Shown here: positions 29,583 through 47,327 of the stretch, piece by piece
How the letters are laid out: the number at the start of each line of letters is the position of its first letter
How positions within the stretch are numbered: the stretch's first letter is position 1
Assembly: GCF_009914755.1 (NCBI RefSeq)
Contig: NC_060935.1
Source: the human T2T-CHM13v2.0 reference genome, Homo sapiens
DNA: 64,000 nt
Strand: one strand, 5' to 3'
Position numbers and translations under genes: made by a program
Notes under the pieces: generated by a model
Database searches by the model: none
Told to the model about the DNA's origin: nothing
The model's input: only the letters and a program-made list of their open reading frames with translations

Positions 29583-29890
29583 GGCTGGGCACGGTGGCTC
29601 ACGCCTGCAATCCCAATACTTTGGGAGGCCGAGGTGGGTGGATCATCTGAGGTCAGGGGTTCGAGACCAGCCTGACCAACATGGAGAAACCCCATCTCTA
29701 CTAAAAATACAAAATTAGCCAGGTGTGGTGGCACATGCCTGTAATCCCAGCTACTGGGGAGGCTGAGGCAGGAGAATCGCTTGACCAAGGTGGAGCTTGC
29801 GGTGAGCCGAGATCGTGCCACTGCACTCCAGCCTGGGCAACAAGAGCAAAACTCTGTCTCAAAAAAAAAAAAAAAGAAAGAAAAAAAAGA
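29583..29890 (+). mobile_element. AluSp
   Basis: CCTGACCAACATGGAGAAACC; TSD AAAGAAACATTAACCAT. Confidence 0.95.
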
Positions 29891-30609
29891 AACATTAACC
29901 ATCACGTGAAAACTAAATTCATTAAATTCATTAATTCATTGCAGATCAACACTTGTAATTCTTTTCTCTTCTCCTCTTGGTGCCCATATTAAAACCCCTG
30001 CTTGTTTTCTCTCTGTGTGGCATATTTGTGTCTACGACACCCTGGGTATAGCAGTTGCTATGACCGCTCATTGTTTTTCAGCTTCTGTTGCTCAGGAGGA
30101 GAGTTATTTAGTTCTTTGAGAGGTCCCCTGTGCTTTCTGGAGTGAATGTTATTTATTACCTTGTGACCTATATTTTAAACCTGACTGTCCCAAACGCTCT
30201 CCGAATTTAGCAAAAATGAATTCTGCTATCTTTGTGTGATCCATTTAATTAGAAAAAAGCTAGAAAATACTTTGAAAATAATACGAAGTAATTTCCAAAG
30301 CTTTCCCACATGTGGATCTCAGTTTGTCTTCATAAAAACTCTATGAGGTATGGCAACAGATGGGCCTCTTTTCCTGATGTGGAAACTAAGGCTCAGGAAG
30401 GCTGGGCTTGCCTGAGGTCCCCAGGTGGATCAATAGGAACAGAAACAAGCATTTTATGTAGCACCAGGCAGTGTACAAAGCACTTTCACTGATACTGTCT
30501 CGTTGTGAATGGCTATAATGATCATTCCAGCTAGCTTCATTTCATAGATGAAGAAACTAAACCTCAGGGATGAGTAACTTGCTGGAGATCAGGTAGCAGT
30601 AAATGGCTG

Positions 30610-31410
30610 TGGTGACACCAATGTTTGTACTGCAGTTCCATGTGGGCATTAACCACCTGAAGTTAGTGTAGACCCCACAAGGTGAAGGTGTCGTTCTCAA
30701 CAAGATTGTCCCCACTTAGATGTCAGCTGCAAAAGGGGTCCCCAGGCACTCACATTTCTGACCAATTGGCTTCAAATCTGGGGGTCCCTACAATGCCCTT
30801 CAGGTTTGATAATTTGCTAGAATGACTCACAGAACTCGGGAAAGTGCTATTCTTATGATTATACTTTTATTCTAAAGTATACAAATCAGGACCAACTAAA
30901 TGAAGAGATGCACAGGGAGAGGTCCGGGTGGGCCTCGAATGAAGAGCTTCTGTGTCCTTTCTCTGTGGATCAGGGTGCATCACCCTCTTGGCATATTGGT
31001 GTGTTCACCAACCAAGAAGCTCAATGAGCTTCAATGTCTAGGGTTTTTATTGGAGTTTCACTTTGTAGACATAACTGATAACTCAATCTCCAGCCCCCTC
31101 CCTTTTCTGGGCTCAAAGCCCCAACCCTCTAATTTCATGGTTGGTCTTTCTGATAACCAGCCTCCATCCTGAGCCATTTCGTTATCTCACACTCCTGGCC
31201 TCAGGCAATCCTCCCACCTCAGCCTCTGGAGCAGCTGGGATTACAGATGCCAGCCACAGCACCTGGCCTGAGCAATCTCATCATAAACTCTGGTGTGATT
31301 CAAGGAGCTCATGAATAACAAAGCCACTTCTATCACTTGGGAAAGTTCAGGGGTTTTTGAAGTTCAGCTCTAAACCTGGGTTAAAGACTAGACAAATTCT
31401 TTGTCATACA
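30610..31410 (-). mobile_element. MER21-family ERV LTR with a small Alu fragment (31190-31268)
   Basis: CAGGTTTGATAATTTGCTAGAATGACTCACAGAACTC.GGAAAG...ATGAAGAGATGCACAGGG...TCACCAACC.GAAGCTC. Confidence 0.75.
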
Positions 31411-31819
31411 ATAGTTGCAGAGCCAGGCAAGTCTGTGTCTGCAGAATCCAGCAAAGTGACTTCCCCTGTGCCCAAAAATGTACCCCAAACACCTGGCTCC
31501 CACCTGGCTTTCTGACTATGAGTTTAGGAGAAAGTGAGAAATTGTGATGTATTCGGACCTCCGGAAGTCTTGGAGAGAGGTGTCAGATAGTTCAAAACCA
31601 CATCCTGTCCTTCTGTTTTGCCCACCTCAAAACCAGACAAAACCCACAGCCCTATTTCCACATTTCTAAGGTAAGAAGCCTAAAGCAGGAAGGATGCTGG
31701 AAGAAAATGTGCTGTTCTTCTTCCACCTTAGCAAAGAGCTTGTCATCAGGACAGCCCAGGGCTTCTGAAAGCAAGCCACGTGAGAGGTGCTAGCGCAGAC
31801 CTTGATTGGAGAGGTCTGC

Positions 31820-32331
31820 TGTTGGGAGCAAGCCCCCCAAAATCTGGCCATAAACTGGCCCCAAAATTGGCCATGAATAAAATCTCTGCAGCACTGTAAC
31901 ATGTCTATAATGGCCCTAACGCCCAAGATGGAAGGTTGTGGGTTTAGGGGAATGAGGGCAAGGAACACCTGGCCCGCCCAGGGCAGAAAACCGCTTAAAG
32001 GCATTCTTAAGCCACAGACAAAAGCCTGACGATCTGTGTCTTAAGGGCATGTTCCTGCTGCAGTTAACTAGCCCAACCTACTCAATTAATTCGGCCCATC
32101 CCTTCATTTCCCTTAAGGGATACTTTTAGTTAATTTAATATCTATAGAAACAATGCTAATGACTGGTTTGCTGTTAATAAATACGTGGGTAAATATCTGT
32201 TCGGGGCTCTCAGCTCTGAAGGCTGTGAGACCCCTGATTTCCTACTTCACACCTCTGTATTTCTGTGTGTGTGTCTTTAATTCCTCTAGCACCGCTGGGT
32301 TATGGTCTCCCCGACCGAGGTGGTCTCAGCA
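31820..32331 (+). mobile_element. MER9 solo LTR (HERV-K HML-3)
   Basis: 512 bp TG...CA, TGTTGGGAGCAAGCCCCCCAAAATCTGGCCATAAACTGGCC; perfect 6-bp TSD GTCTGC (31814-31819 / 32332-32337). Confidence 0.92.
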
Positions 32332-32885
32332 GTCTGCATTCAGCTTTAATCTGCATTTTAAACAAAAACCCTCCATCCCACACATCCCTCTGCCCTAGGA
32401 AGCCATGTCCCAAAACTTGCAAAGCAAAATTGAGCGGTTGATGAGGAATGATTTTAAAGGAATAAAGGAATAAAATCCTGGGCATGCAGGCTACAAAAGG
32501 AGAGTATATCCACTTTAATTACTGATGCGAGGTCTTGCAGCAGTGAGCAGGAAAGGGTATGTAGCATCTAAATGCCTACCACAGTGCATTGAGCCCTCAC
32601 AATTTCATGAAGTATGCCCTACTATCCTACTTTTTATTTTTTTATTTTTGAGACAGGGTCTCACTCTGTCACCCAGGCTATAGCACAGTGGCAAAATCCC
32701 AGTTCACTGCAGCCTCCACCTCCTGGGGTTAGGTGATCCTCCCACCTCAGCCTCCTGAGTAGCTGCGATCACAGGTGCGCACCACCACGCCTGGCTAATT
32801 TTTGTATTTTTCACCATGTTGGCCAGGCTGGTCTCAAACTCCTGGGATCAAGCAATCTGCCCACCTTTGCTTCCCAAAGTGCTGG

Positions 32886-33520
32886 TGTTACTGCAAAGGG
32901 GTCACAATCCAGACCCCAAGAGAGGGTTCTTGGATTTTGCACAAGAAGGAATTCCAGGCGAATCCATAAAGTGAAAGCAAGTTTATTAGGGAAGTAAAGG
33001 AATAAACAGTGGCTACTCCACAGGCAGAGCAACGGCTGGGTTTGTTGAGCTGCTTGGACTTATTGTTACTTCTTGATTGTATGCTAAACAAGGGGTGGAT
33101 TATTCATAAGTTTTCTGGGAAAGGGGTGGGCAATTCCCGGAACTGAGTGTTCCTCCTCTTTTTAGACTCCATAGGGTAACTTCCTGACGTTGCCATGGCA
33201 TCTGTAAACTGTCATGGCATTGGTGGGAGTGACTTTTAGCATGCTAGTGAATGATAATTAGCATATAATGAGCAGTGAGGATGAGCAGAGGTCACTCTCA
33301 TGGCCATCTTGGTTTTGGTGGGTTTTTGATGGCTTCTTTACTGCAACCTGTTTTCTTAATATCAGCAAGGTCTTTATGACCTATGTTTTGTACCAACCTC
33401 CTATCTCATCCTGTGACTAAGAATGCCTAACCTCCTGGGAATGCAGCCTAGTAGGTCTCAGCCTTGTTTCACCCAGCCCCTATTCAAGATGGAGTCGCTC
33501 TGGTTCAAATACCTCTGACA
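32886..33520 (-). mobile_element. MER41B solo LTR (ERV1), full length
   Basis: Minus strand begins TGTCAGAGGTATTTGAACCAGAGCGACTCCATCTTGAATAGGGGCTGGGT; 635 bp; 4-bp TSD CTGG/GTGG with 1 mismatch. Confidence 0.9.
33113..33142. promoter_or_regulatory. Tandem GAS (STAT1) motifs in MER41B
   Basis: TTCTGGGAA (33113-33121) and TTCCCGGAA (33134-33142), both TTCN3GAA. Confidence 0.75.
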
Positions 33521-34019
33521 GTGGGATTACAGGCATGAACCACCACACTTAGTCCCTACTTTAATAAATAAAGAAAATAAGGCTCTGAGAGTTAAAGAAT
33601 TTGCCCAAAGATAAGGAATTAGGAAGAGACAAAGCTCTGATTCAAACCCAGGTTCAGTTCCAAGACCCACTCTCCAAGCTGCCTCCAGTAGCCAGTAAGA
33701 GCTTGGAAAATGTTGCTGTCCTTTTTGTTTGCTTGGTGTTTCATTAAATATTATTTTGTATGATTATGTAATTAAACTGTGATCCTCAGAAAACCTGTAA
33801 TTTTGAAAGCCCAGGGCAGCAGAACGAAGCTAATGAAAGGCAAGCTTCATTTACATGCATCGGGCTGGGAGAATACTCAGGTCATTCCTCTGAACACCCT
33901 GGCGACCTTGCTTAGCTTGGTCTAAACATTAGGCCGTTTTCAGTTCTTAAACCACTGCTAATTCAGGTCCCTGGTGCAGAACAAATGCGCTATTAATGAT
34001 AAAAGTCGCAGTCACATAA

Positions 34020-34216
34020 AAGGCTCGCTGTGGGATTGATTATAAAAGCAGCACTCTTCCCAGCTCCAGTCTCTATTTTACGTCTGTGAAGAAACGCGGT
34101 GGCCTGCGGAAGGGTGGGCGGGAAGGCCGGAGCTCACGTTAGCTCAGTGCTAGTGCCACCTAGTGGCTGTCCCGGCGTCTGCCGGTCCCCGGGCACTGAC
34201 TCCTTCCAGGTAGGGT
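34020..34216 (+). promoter_or_regulatory. Promoter-like island: TATA box, GC box, CpG cluster, splice donor
   Basis: TATAAAAG 34041-34048; GGGTGGGCGGGA about 34111; many CpGs; CAG|GTAGGG at 34210. Confidence 0.45.
34150..34169 (-). promoter_or_regulatory. Predicted CTCF site
   Basis: Minus strand CAGCCACTAGGTGGCACTAG, exact match to core CCASYAGRKGGCRS. Confidence 0.75.
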
Positions 34217-34668
34217 GGGGCTTCGGAGCTCTGCCTTCTTCAGGTCCTCAAGCAGGTTTTTTCACCATTAGTGTGAGGAGAAGAGGAGCGAGGCAATCAC
34301 CTAGTTCATGTAACTGCAAAATTCCAAACAACTGTGATGACGAATTTTTGGGCTTGACAGTTTTGTTTGTTGTGGCCTCATGCAGGTACAGGATAAGAAA
34401 ACCCTGACTACCGCCTCTTTCAGATCTCTAGGCCCACTGATAACTGCCCCCATCCACACATGCTCAGGGGTCTCTTCTTCCACGTTTCTCCGAGGCATCC
34501 TCCATCGACACCACAGCCCAGGAGGAAAATGAGAAAGTTCAGGACTGTCTCAGACCATTCACTCAACTGATCCTATCTCCTTCTCAAGATGTTTCTCAGT
34601 CACCTGCCTGGCAGAGGACAACCAGGCATTTCCTGAGCACTATTCCTGAGTAAGATGTAGGAGCATCA

Positions 34669-35081
<413 letters not shown>

Positions 35082-35339
35082 TTAGGGAGACAGCCTTGTT
35101 AAGATGTAATCACAGTAGGAGACAATAAACGGTAGGTGGGGAGAGCCAGGAGAGAGGTATAATAGGGCCAGGTCAGGGTTTGGAATCAGATTCACCTGAG
35201 TTTGAATCCTGGCTCTGTCACTAACTTGTATACAGGACTTGGAGGAATTATTTGACTTCTCTGAGTGTCGGTTTCCTTATCTGTAAAATGGACATAATAA
35301 TGTCTGCCTTGCTGGATTGTAGTAAGAAATAGACTCAAT

Positions 35340-35785
35340 TGTGGAAATAAATGAAGAGCAGCCTAATGAGAACAAACAGAGCTTGCTATAGCAAGGGAGT
35401 TAGCCACCATTGCTTGGCTTGCCAGAGACTCAGAGGCAGGCAGGGGAATGGAAAAGCTTCATAGTGAAGAAAGGGAAAGGCTTCAGGTCTGCTCTGATTG
35501 GAGGCTGTTGGCATTTGGAAGCTGAAGAGGGCCCAGCATCTGGAAGCAGGGCTTCTTCTGTGATTGGTTTGGGGAGCATATTTGGTGTTCTCTGATGCTC
35601 AGGTGGAAGCAAGGGCAAAAACAAGGGAAGCCGCCAGTCATTGACCATGTCCTGGCCATTCTGGGCTGATTGTTGTTGGAGAGGCTGCAGTTTGTTTTCC
35701 AGGCTGGTTGCTGCAGGGGCAGCGGGTTGGAGTTTTATTGTCACATATGGCCTGGCCATTGTCCGTTAGTATAGCCAGTCTCTCT
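35340..35785 (-). mobile_element. ERVL-class LTR (LTR47-like) inserted in a MIR
   Basis: Minus strand starts GAGAGACTGGCTATACTAACGGACAATGGCCAGGCCATATG; repeated CCAAT boxes; MIR on both sides (35170-35340, 35790-35855). Confidence 0.55.
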
Positions 35786-35934
35786 TAACGCATTCAAAGC
35801 TTGTCACACAGTGCATGACATGCACAGATATTCAGTAAGTGGTAATCATTATTATAATTTTCTGTGATCAGAGGTGACTGTAAGATTGCAATTGAGCCAG
35901 ACCTTAGTGGAAACCCTCTGACAGCTGTTCCCCC

Positions 35935-36845
<911 letters not shown>

Positions 36846-37389
36846 TCCCTTCCTCATTAGTTACAGAACCTCAGTTCTGTTCAGGCGTAAGCATTAGGGG
36901 AACACAGGCACCCCTCTCGAGACCCAGGGATAAATCTTGATTGGTATATGCTTTTCTTCATGTCCCTAAACCTTTTTTCAAAACTGAAAAACAGGCTGTT
37001 AAAAGTAGACAGTCAGTTAACACCTGCCAGTCTCGATTGTTTCCTGCCCACAATCTACTCTTCCTTTCTCCCTTGAGTCTGGAAACACGTGGACCTGGGG
37101 GAAACCTGCAAACCTCTCCACAGTGATTGTGAGGCAGCCTCTGCTTCCTTTCCTCTATTTTTTTTTTTTCTACCCAGAGCCAAGAGGCTCCTGGAGGACT
37201 TTTCAGCCTTTTCCTTAATGGAGCCAGGGAGAGGGAGGTACAGGGGTAGGAGTTCTGTTCCACATTAGATCTTTCCATTCTAGACGGTTAGACTCTTCCA
37301 GGAGATTATAAGGCTGGAGATTTGGCCCATTCCATTTAGAGGAGGAAGGGCTCTGATTATGCTTTCACCCAGAAGTAACTAGCCTGCGC

Positions 37390-38560
37390 CAGAGATGATA
37401 CCAGGCATTGGGAAAGCCAAGATGAACCAAGCGTAGTCCCTTCCCTAGAGGAGTTCATAACCAGTGGAGAGACAGACTCCAATAAATCAATACTACATAG
37501 TGTGAGCACAAACATAAGTGCCTGACATCATGGAATCATTAATGTCTAATTCTCTGATAGTGTCAGACAACTTCCCAGAGAAGGCGACATTTGACTTGAG
37601 CCATGAAGTAGAAGCCTGCCAGGAGGGTGAAGGAATGAGCAAGCCCCCGAGGCAGATGCCAGCACACGTTGGCTGGCAGGTGCACAGGAGCATCTCCTTT
37701 AGGGACCTCTAAGAAGGCATGAAGGCTGCACAGAGGGCTGGACACACAGCATCAGTAGGGGTGGAGTTCTGGGATGTTGAACCTGCAGGGGTAGAAAGGG
37801 ACCAGCTCCTGAAGAGGCTGGGATAACATGCTACAGAGACAGTGGGAAGGACATGCTACAGAGCTGGGGAGGACTGTGACCCAGCCTGCAGTGTAGACAG
37901 CTCGCTCTAGCAACTGAGTGGAGGCTGGATCTGGAAAGGGTGCTGGCAAAGTTCAAGGCAGAGAAGCTACTGAGAGGCTGTGTCCTTGGTGGCTTTAAAG
38001 ATGTATGAGAGACTTGCCTGGGCTCTCCCAGCCAAAGGGATCCACAGCAGATGAGTGGAGGGAAAGGCTGTACCTGAGATTCTGCGTGGTAGGCCCTCCC
38101 AGCAGAGATACCGTGTCTGACCGTAAAGACCACGTTTCAAGGAGTATTGAGGCTTCCAGGAAACTACGATGGAGAAAAGTGCTGGCAGGCGAGGCAGGGA
38201 AGCAGAGATGCACATTTGGGAGCGCAGTAGATGCCAGTTTGGGTGCCATTCCTGAGGCTCCCAATAACCGGTACAGACTTTGGGGCTGAGAAATGACATG
38301 ACCAGAGGCTGCGATTTAGGAAGGTTCACCTGGGAGCTGTGTGTAGGGTGATTCAGAGCAAGAAGGGTGTCGTGTTGTAAAATTTGTGTGCAGGCTGTGA
38401 TTACAGGGATCAGATTCAGCACAGTAACACTGGAAATGGGGAGGATGGGTAAGCTTTGGAAGGGAGATGGCGGAAGCTGTGATAACTGATTTGGGAACTG
38501 GGGTGAGGGTAGGAGGCAAGATGTTCCCAAGCCTTTTGTTAATGTAAGAGGGAATAGAAA
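37390..38560 (-). mobile_element. L2 LINE remnant
   Basis: L2 motifs (CTTCCCAGAGAAGGCGACATTTGACTTGAGCC, GCAGTAACACTGGAAATGGGG). Confidence 0.55.
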
Positions 38561-39444
38561 TTGGGAAGGCAGGAGAAGGAGCAAGGTTAGTGCCAGCTGT
38601 TAGTATCTGAATAATGGCCTTTTTCAATCTGCATCCTCGTTGCTGGCATCCTGTAACAAAGCCAAACACAGCACTTGTGACATCAGATGAGCATATTGAA
38701 GCCATAGGGAAGAAAACCACAAAGAAATAAGGAGTAGAGGCTCTGCGGACAATTTGATTTCTGGTGGTAATTTTCATTGCAACAACAGTAATAATAACAC
38801 CCCATTTATTTTATATTTCTGTTTGAAAGTGCTCCATTAGGCTAATTTTAGTGAGTATACAGTGAAATTTATCTACTAATTTACTTCTGGTAGTGCTGTA
38901 AATGAGTCCAACACTCTTGAAAGCAATATGATAGTATGTGGCAAATCCTACTCCTAGGAATTTATCCTAAGGAAATATATATTTTTAAAGCCAAAACTGA
39001 GAGCCCAAAGAAGTTCATTACAGTATTATCTATGCTAACAAAAATAGTGAAGATATAAAACTGCAACAGAAGGAAATGGTTTGCTAAATGATACCATGAT
39101 GAGTCAATGAAATACTATGAGCCTATTAAAATGCAAATTACAAATATATTGACTGGGGAGAAACACAGAAACAAATTTGATGTGATAAACAGGCGCGGGG
39201 TAGTGGAGCACAGAATGCTTTGTACACTTTAATATAACTGTCAAAACCCACATGCATGTGGATGAAGACTGAAAAGGAATTTGAAGAAATTAAAGTAGTT
39301 ATTGTAGTGCACAACATGGGCTCAGGAGTCAGGATTCTGGGCTCCAATCCTGTGGTTTACTAGCCTGTGACCTTGGGCGATGTCTTCAGCTTCTCTTGGC
39401 TTCGGCTACTTATCTACAAAATGGGGTTAAAAAAATGAGTGCAA

Positions 39445-39740
39445 TTTTTTTTTTTTTTTGAGACAGAGTCTCACTCTGTCACCCAGGCTGGAGTGCAGTG
39501 GCTCAATCTCAGCTCCTGCAACCTCTGCCTCCCAGGTTCAAGTGATTTTCCTGCGTCAGCCTCCCAAGCAGCTGGGAATACAGGTGCCCGCCACCATGCT
39601 CGGCTAATTTTCGTATTTTTAGTAGGGACGGGGCTTCACCATGTTGACCAGGCTGGTCTTGAACTCCTGACCTCAGGTGATCCACCCACCTTGGCCTCCC
39701 AAAGTGCTGGGATTACATGTGTGAGCCACTGCACCCAGCC
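39445..39740 (-). mobile_element. AluS within a MIR
   Basis: Reverse dimer; TSD AGTGCAATTTTT. Confidence 0.9.
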
Positions 39741-39909
39741 ATTAGTGCAATTTTTAAACTTCAAGGAGTTGTGAGCATCCAAGTAAGATAATACCTATAA
39801 AACTCTTGTCTATTGAAAATGTTCAATAAATGACACATATTATGGGTAATTTCTGTTTGAAATATGTTATAGATAGATTACCTTGTTGCTTTAAAAAATG
39901 CATACGTGA

Positions 39910-40282
<373 letters not shown>

Positions 40283-41546
40283 TTAAGAAAGTGTTAGGTG
40301 CTGGGTTCTGTGTTTTGTCTTTGTGGTTTTGTTTCTGTTTTGTCCTTGTATTTTAACCCAACTTGGCATGTGGACCACTCAGAAAGTGAAATAAATGTAA
40401 TGCTAAAATTTTTTTTTTTTACTTCATGCCTTCCTCAGCCAGGACTTTGAGCTTCTTTCCCACCCTCCTATTTGAAGCAGAGATTTTAATAATATAACTT
40501 CATCTACTTTCCTTTCCAAACGGTAGGTGCATCAGGGATCAGCAGACAGCTGCCAGGCGAACAGGGGAGTGCACGGGCCAGGCAGGGGTTGCCCGTAAGC
40601 CCGCCACGGGAGGACTGGATTTCTGGGCAGACAAGGAGGCGAGACTGACAGTCACTTCTGAGTGGTCCCCTCGGTGCTGTCACCGAACTTGAGACATGTA
40701 ATCGTGATTTCATCAAAGCCTTGATAGTTGCTACTGTCTCTGTTCTCTTCTATTTATTCGGTGTGTAAGAGGGATGTTCACTGGTGCCTGTGAAGATGGT
40801 CACAGCAAACATTAGATGTCACGTGATCATCCTATTTGTTTCTAACTTCAGAGGAAAGGAAAGCACAGCTGGTTCCTCCTCAGTGCCATTGTTTCCCTCA
40901 TCACAAAGGATTTTAAACTCCTGCCATGTGGACCCATCTCATCTTCAGCTGTACATCACTGACTGCTTTGAGCAGAATCTTGGGATCAATACTCTGCTCT
41001 AAACATGACCCAAGAGCTCCATCTGCATCATGAATGAAGAGGCGGCTGCTTCCCAGCATCTGGTTTCTGGGAGAGCAGGGGGCCAGGTCTGCCCAGGCAG
41101 AATCTGACAGAGCTCAGGTACCTGCTGCTCATGCACATTTCAGAGAGCAGTGAAACTTAAAATGCATCCAGCAATTTCACTTCTAAAATCTGCTGTCCAG
41201 AAATGCCCATGAATGTTCACAGAAATGTTCACTGGACGGTGTTTCTTTTGTCATTCCTTTAACAACAAAAAGGGTTGAAAATAATCCAAATGTCCATAAA
41301 GTGGGACTCGATCAAATGAACTATAGTCCAATAATAAAAATAAGTTATCCCCACGCTTATATGGAAAGATGTTCTAGATCCATAGGTTAGTTAAAAAAAA
41401 TCTACTGTTTCTAATGTAAATGCCTAGAATGAGAAGAGATTTATACTCCTGGCTCCATGGCAATGAATTAATGAAAGGTAGGTAGAAAATTATGCAAAGG
41501 AAGAAATAGAAGCATTATTGACACCAAGCAAAACAAAAATTGCTCA

Positions 41547-41882
<336 letters not shown>

Positions 41883-42716
41883 CTACATAGCTACTTGAAC
41901 AATAATTACATAGCCATTACAATGTGAACATTTCATTGCAATCTGTCTAAGATGATAATTGTATTTTCGCTATAGAACACTAACAGGAGGAGGCATGTGT
42001 GAGAAAACGCATGTGTTGTGTGGGGAGCCATAAAAGAACCAAACACTTGTTTTCCGCAGTAGAACATCAAATAGAGAACCTCTAAGACTGAAAACCCAGA
42101 AAAAACAGTGTCAACAGGTCATCTAGAACTGTGGAAACAAATAGCTAAAAGAGCATGAAGGGAATGGCTTTGGGAGGGGGAATTGGAGAGTGGGGGGTCG
42201 TAGGATGGGTAACTGCTCTTTTCCATGACAAACCTTGTACAGTGATTTGACTTTTTAAGCTATAAATACCTGATACAAATTTTTGAAAGTTAATTTAAAA
42301 TATAATTAAATAAAAATATTTAATTATCAAGGCAACCTGTCCTTTTATGTATACTTATATATCACTTTATATATCAGTTATCTACAATTAATCTATAAGT
42401 CTATGTAGAATAAGCCCTTTAAAATGTGTAAACATGAATATTTACATATATATGTATGTAGCGAGATGGATAAATAGATCGACAGATGATTAGAAATGCA
42501 TCAGAAAAATGAGGCTGCATACACCTCTGTGCTATAAATGGTCGACAGCTTCATGGGCGAGGCCTATAGGAGTATGCTTTACTTTCCACAGGATTCATTT
42601 CTTTTGTTTGAAATTTATACCACAATTATTTTTGTGATTGGAAAAAAATAAATTTAAATTAGAAAAAAAATTGAGATGAGAACACTCATCTCCTCACTGA
42701 CAGTCCCATCCACTAG

Positions 42717-43038
<322 letters not shown>

Positions 43039-43144
43039 ACTAGAGCCTTTTTATCTATGTGAGATAACGGATGACCCAAGCAATCTCGGATATCTTCCCA
43101 GTTTCTTCATGTTCACTGTCCCAGAGAGAAAAAGGACACAAGAG

Positions 43145-45070
<1,926 letters not shown>

Positions 45071-45291
45071 ATATTATCCATCATGTTTAAAACAATAAAG
45101 AAGTTATGTAGACTAAAAAGTGTTAATTCATTCACTGTGACTTCCACAATGATATAGTGAGTGCCTATTATGTGCCAAGTACTGCTGTAGGCACTGAGGA
45201 TACAATTAGGAAACAAACATACCAGGTGCCTGCCTCATCATCCTGGCATTCTTCTGGCGAAGAGGAAGAAGTACCTGGCTATAGTGAGTAA

Positions 45292-45688
45292 TGTGGCAAG
45301 CTATCCAGATTCCCCGTTCAGGACCAAGGCACTTACTCCCTCTGATTTCTGGCTCACGTCTCCATCCTTCTCTAGGAATTGCTCTTGGCTTCAAGGGACT
45401 GCCTGGCTCAAAGTTACCTCTTCCTCACTGGAGACAGCCCCCATCCAGTGACCCATCTATATGGAGCTACAGAATCCCAAGTCGCCATCCCAGTTTGGGA
45501 TAACTCTGAAGAGCCTTCCCAGCTCCAGGTTCCATGTGGCTTCGATTGCAACACAGCAGTTCAGCTTCTCCCTTGCCCAGTTCTTCTTCCCTCACTCCCT
45601 TACAGGTGTTTCTCAGAAAGTGCCCCATAAACCTTCTGCATTCAAATCTCCCTCTAGAGTTTGTTTCTTGGGGAACTTGACCTAAGAT
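45292..45688 (+). mobile_element. LTR16-family ERVL LTR
   Basis: TTTGGGATAACTCTGAAG..CCCAGCTCCAG...CATAAACCTTCTGCATTCAAATCTCC..CTTGGGGAACTTGACCTAAGA. Confidence 0.7.
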
Positions 45689-45905
45689 GTTAACCAAATT
45701 ACTGTGCAACACAGTGAGCATGAAAATACAAATATGGGATGCAAGAGGGCCAGGTGGATGCACTCTGGATAATCTCAGGTGAAGCTCTGGGCACAATTTG
45801 GTGACAAGACGCCACATGCCCAGAAACAAAACAAAAAATATTGTTGCTCCACTTATAATCTAATACTATGCCTCTTTCCAGCCTCTACAAAGTATTTAGA
45901 TTGAA

Positions 45906-46203
45906 TTTTTTTTTTTTTTTTTTTGGAGACAGTGTCTTTATTGCCTTGGCTGAGTGCACTGGCATGATCACAGCTCATTGCAGCGTTGAGCTCCTGGGCT
46001 CAGGTGATTCTCCCATCTCAGTCTCCATAGTAGTTTGGACTACAGGTGTATGCCACCACGCCAGGCTAATTTTTTATTTTTTGTTGGGATGGAGGTCTTC
46101 TTATGGCACCCAGATTGGTCTCAAATTCCTGTACTCAAGCAATCCTCCCACCCCGGCCTCCAAAACTGCTGGGATTACAGGTGTGAGCCACTGTGCCCAG
46201 CCT
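45906..46203 (-). mobile_element. AluJ
   Basis: Reverse dimer; TSD TAGATTGAA. Confidence 0.85.
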
Positions 46204-46855
46204 AGATTGAAAATTCTTGACTAAAGTCATTGGGCTGTCTTTGGACTTCAGTTTTAAAATTTTTTGCATAGTTGGAAAGAGAAAGCCAGAGGCAAATTCC
46301 CAGATTCCAGCCTAAGTGGGGAAAAAAGGCAAGCTATTTCCTGCTCATCCTCCCTCCCCCAACCTCTCCTCCTCCTCCTCTTACTATTTTTTAACTAAGA
46401 GGACAAAGCAGGCCAGCCTCGGCAAGAGGTTATTGATAATAGCTCTGGGAAAAGACCACCCACCTACCTTCATACCATTTATGACTTTATATCTGAAAAA
46501 AGGCAATTATATGAGAGCTGGAACATGGCTAGTGATGAGTTCTGGCGACTCTCACTCTCTCCATCTCCATAATGACCACACCTGGGTCACTACAGAGAAA
46601 TTGGAGAGGCACTTGTAGGGACAGACATTGCTCTCGTTGTATACGGTTATTATGCCTCATTACAGTTATGGGCAGAAGAAAACAATGGGGCTAAGAATTG
46701 TGTGGTAGTTTGATCCTCCGTGCCTCTTGATAGCCTATTCACTCAGCTTGGTGGAAGGAAACTACTAGATCTGCTGCCTCATCTTGATTCCCAATCCCCT
46801 GGTGCACTCTCCTTCAGCATTGATGTGGCAATTGTTTTAGACACTGGCAACTACC

Positions 46856-47327
<472 letters not shown>

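Larger units (their letters stand above)
32630..33553 (-). mobile_element. AluJ split by MER41B
   Basis: Alu stops at CCCAAAGTGCTGG (32885) and resumes with GGGATTACAGGCATGA after 33520. Confidence 0.85.

Noticed and set aside
37967-38777. Longest ORFs (205 aa and 153 aa, minus strand)
   Set aside because: Lie in a decayed L2 region, use non-ATG starts, and have composition unlike real coding sequence.
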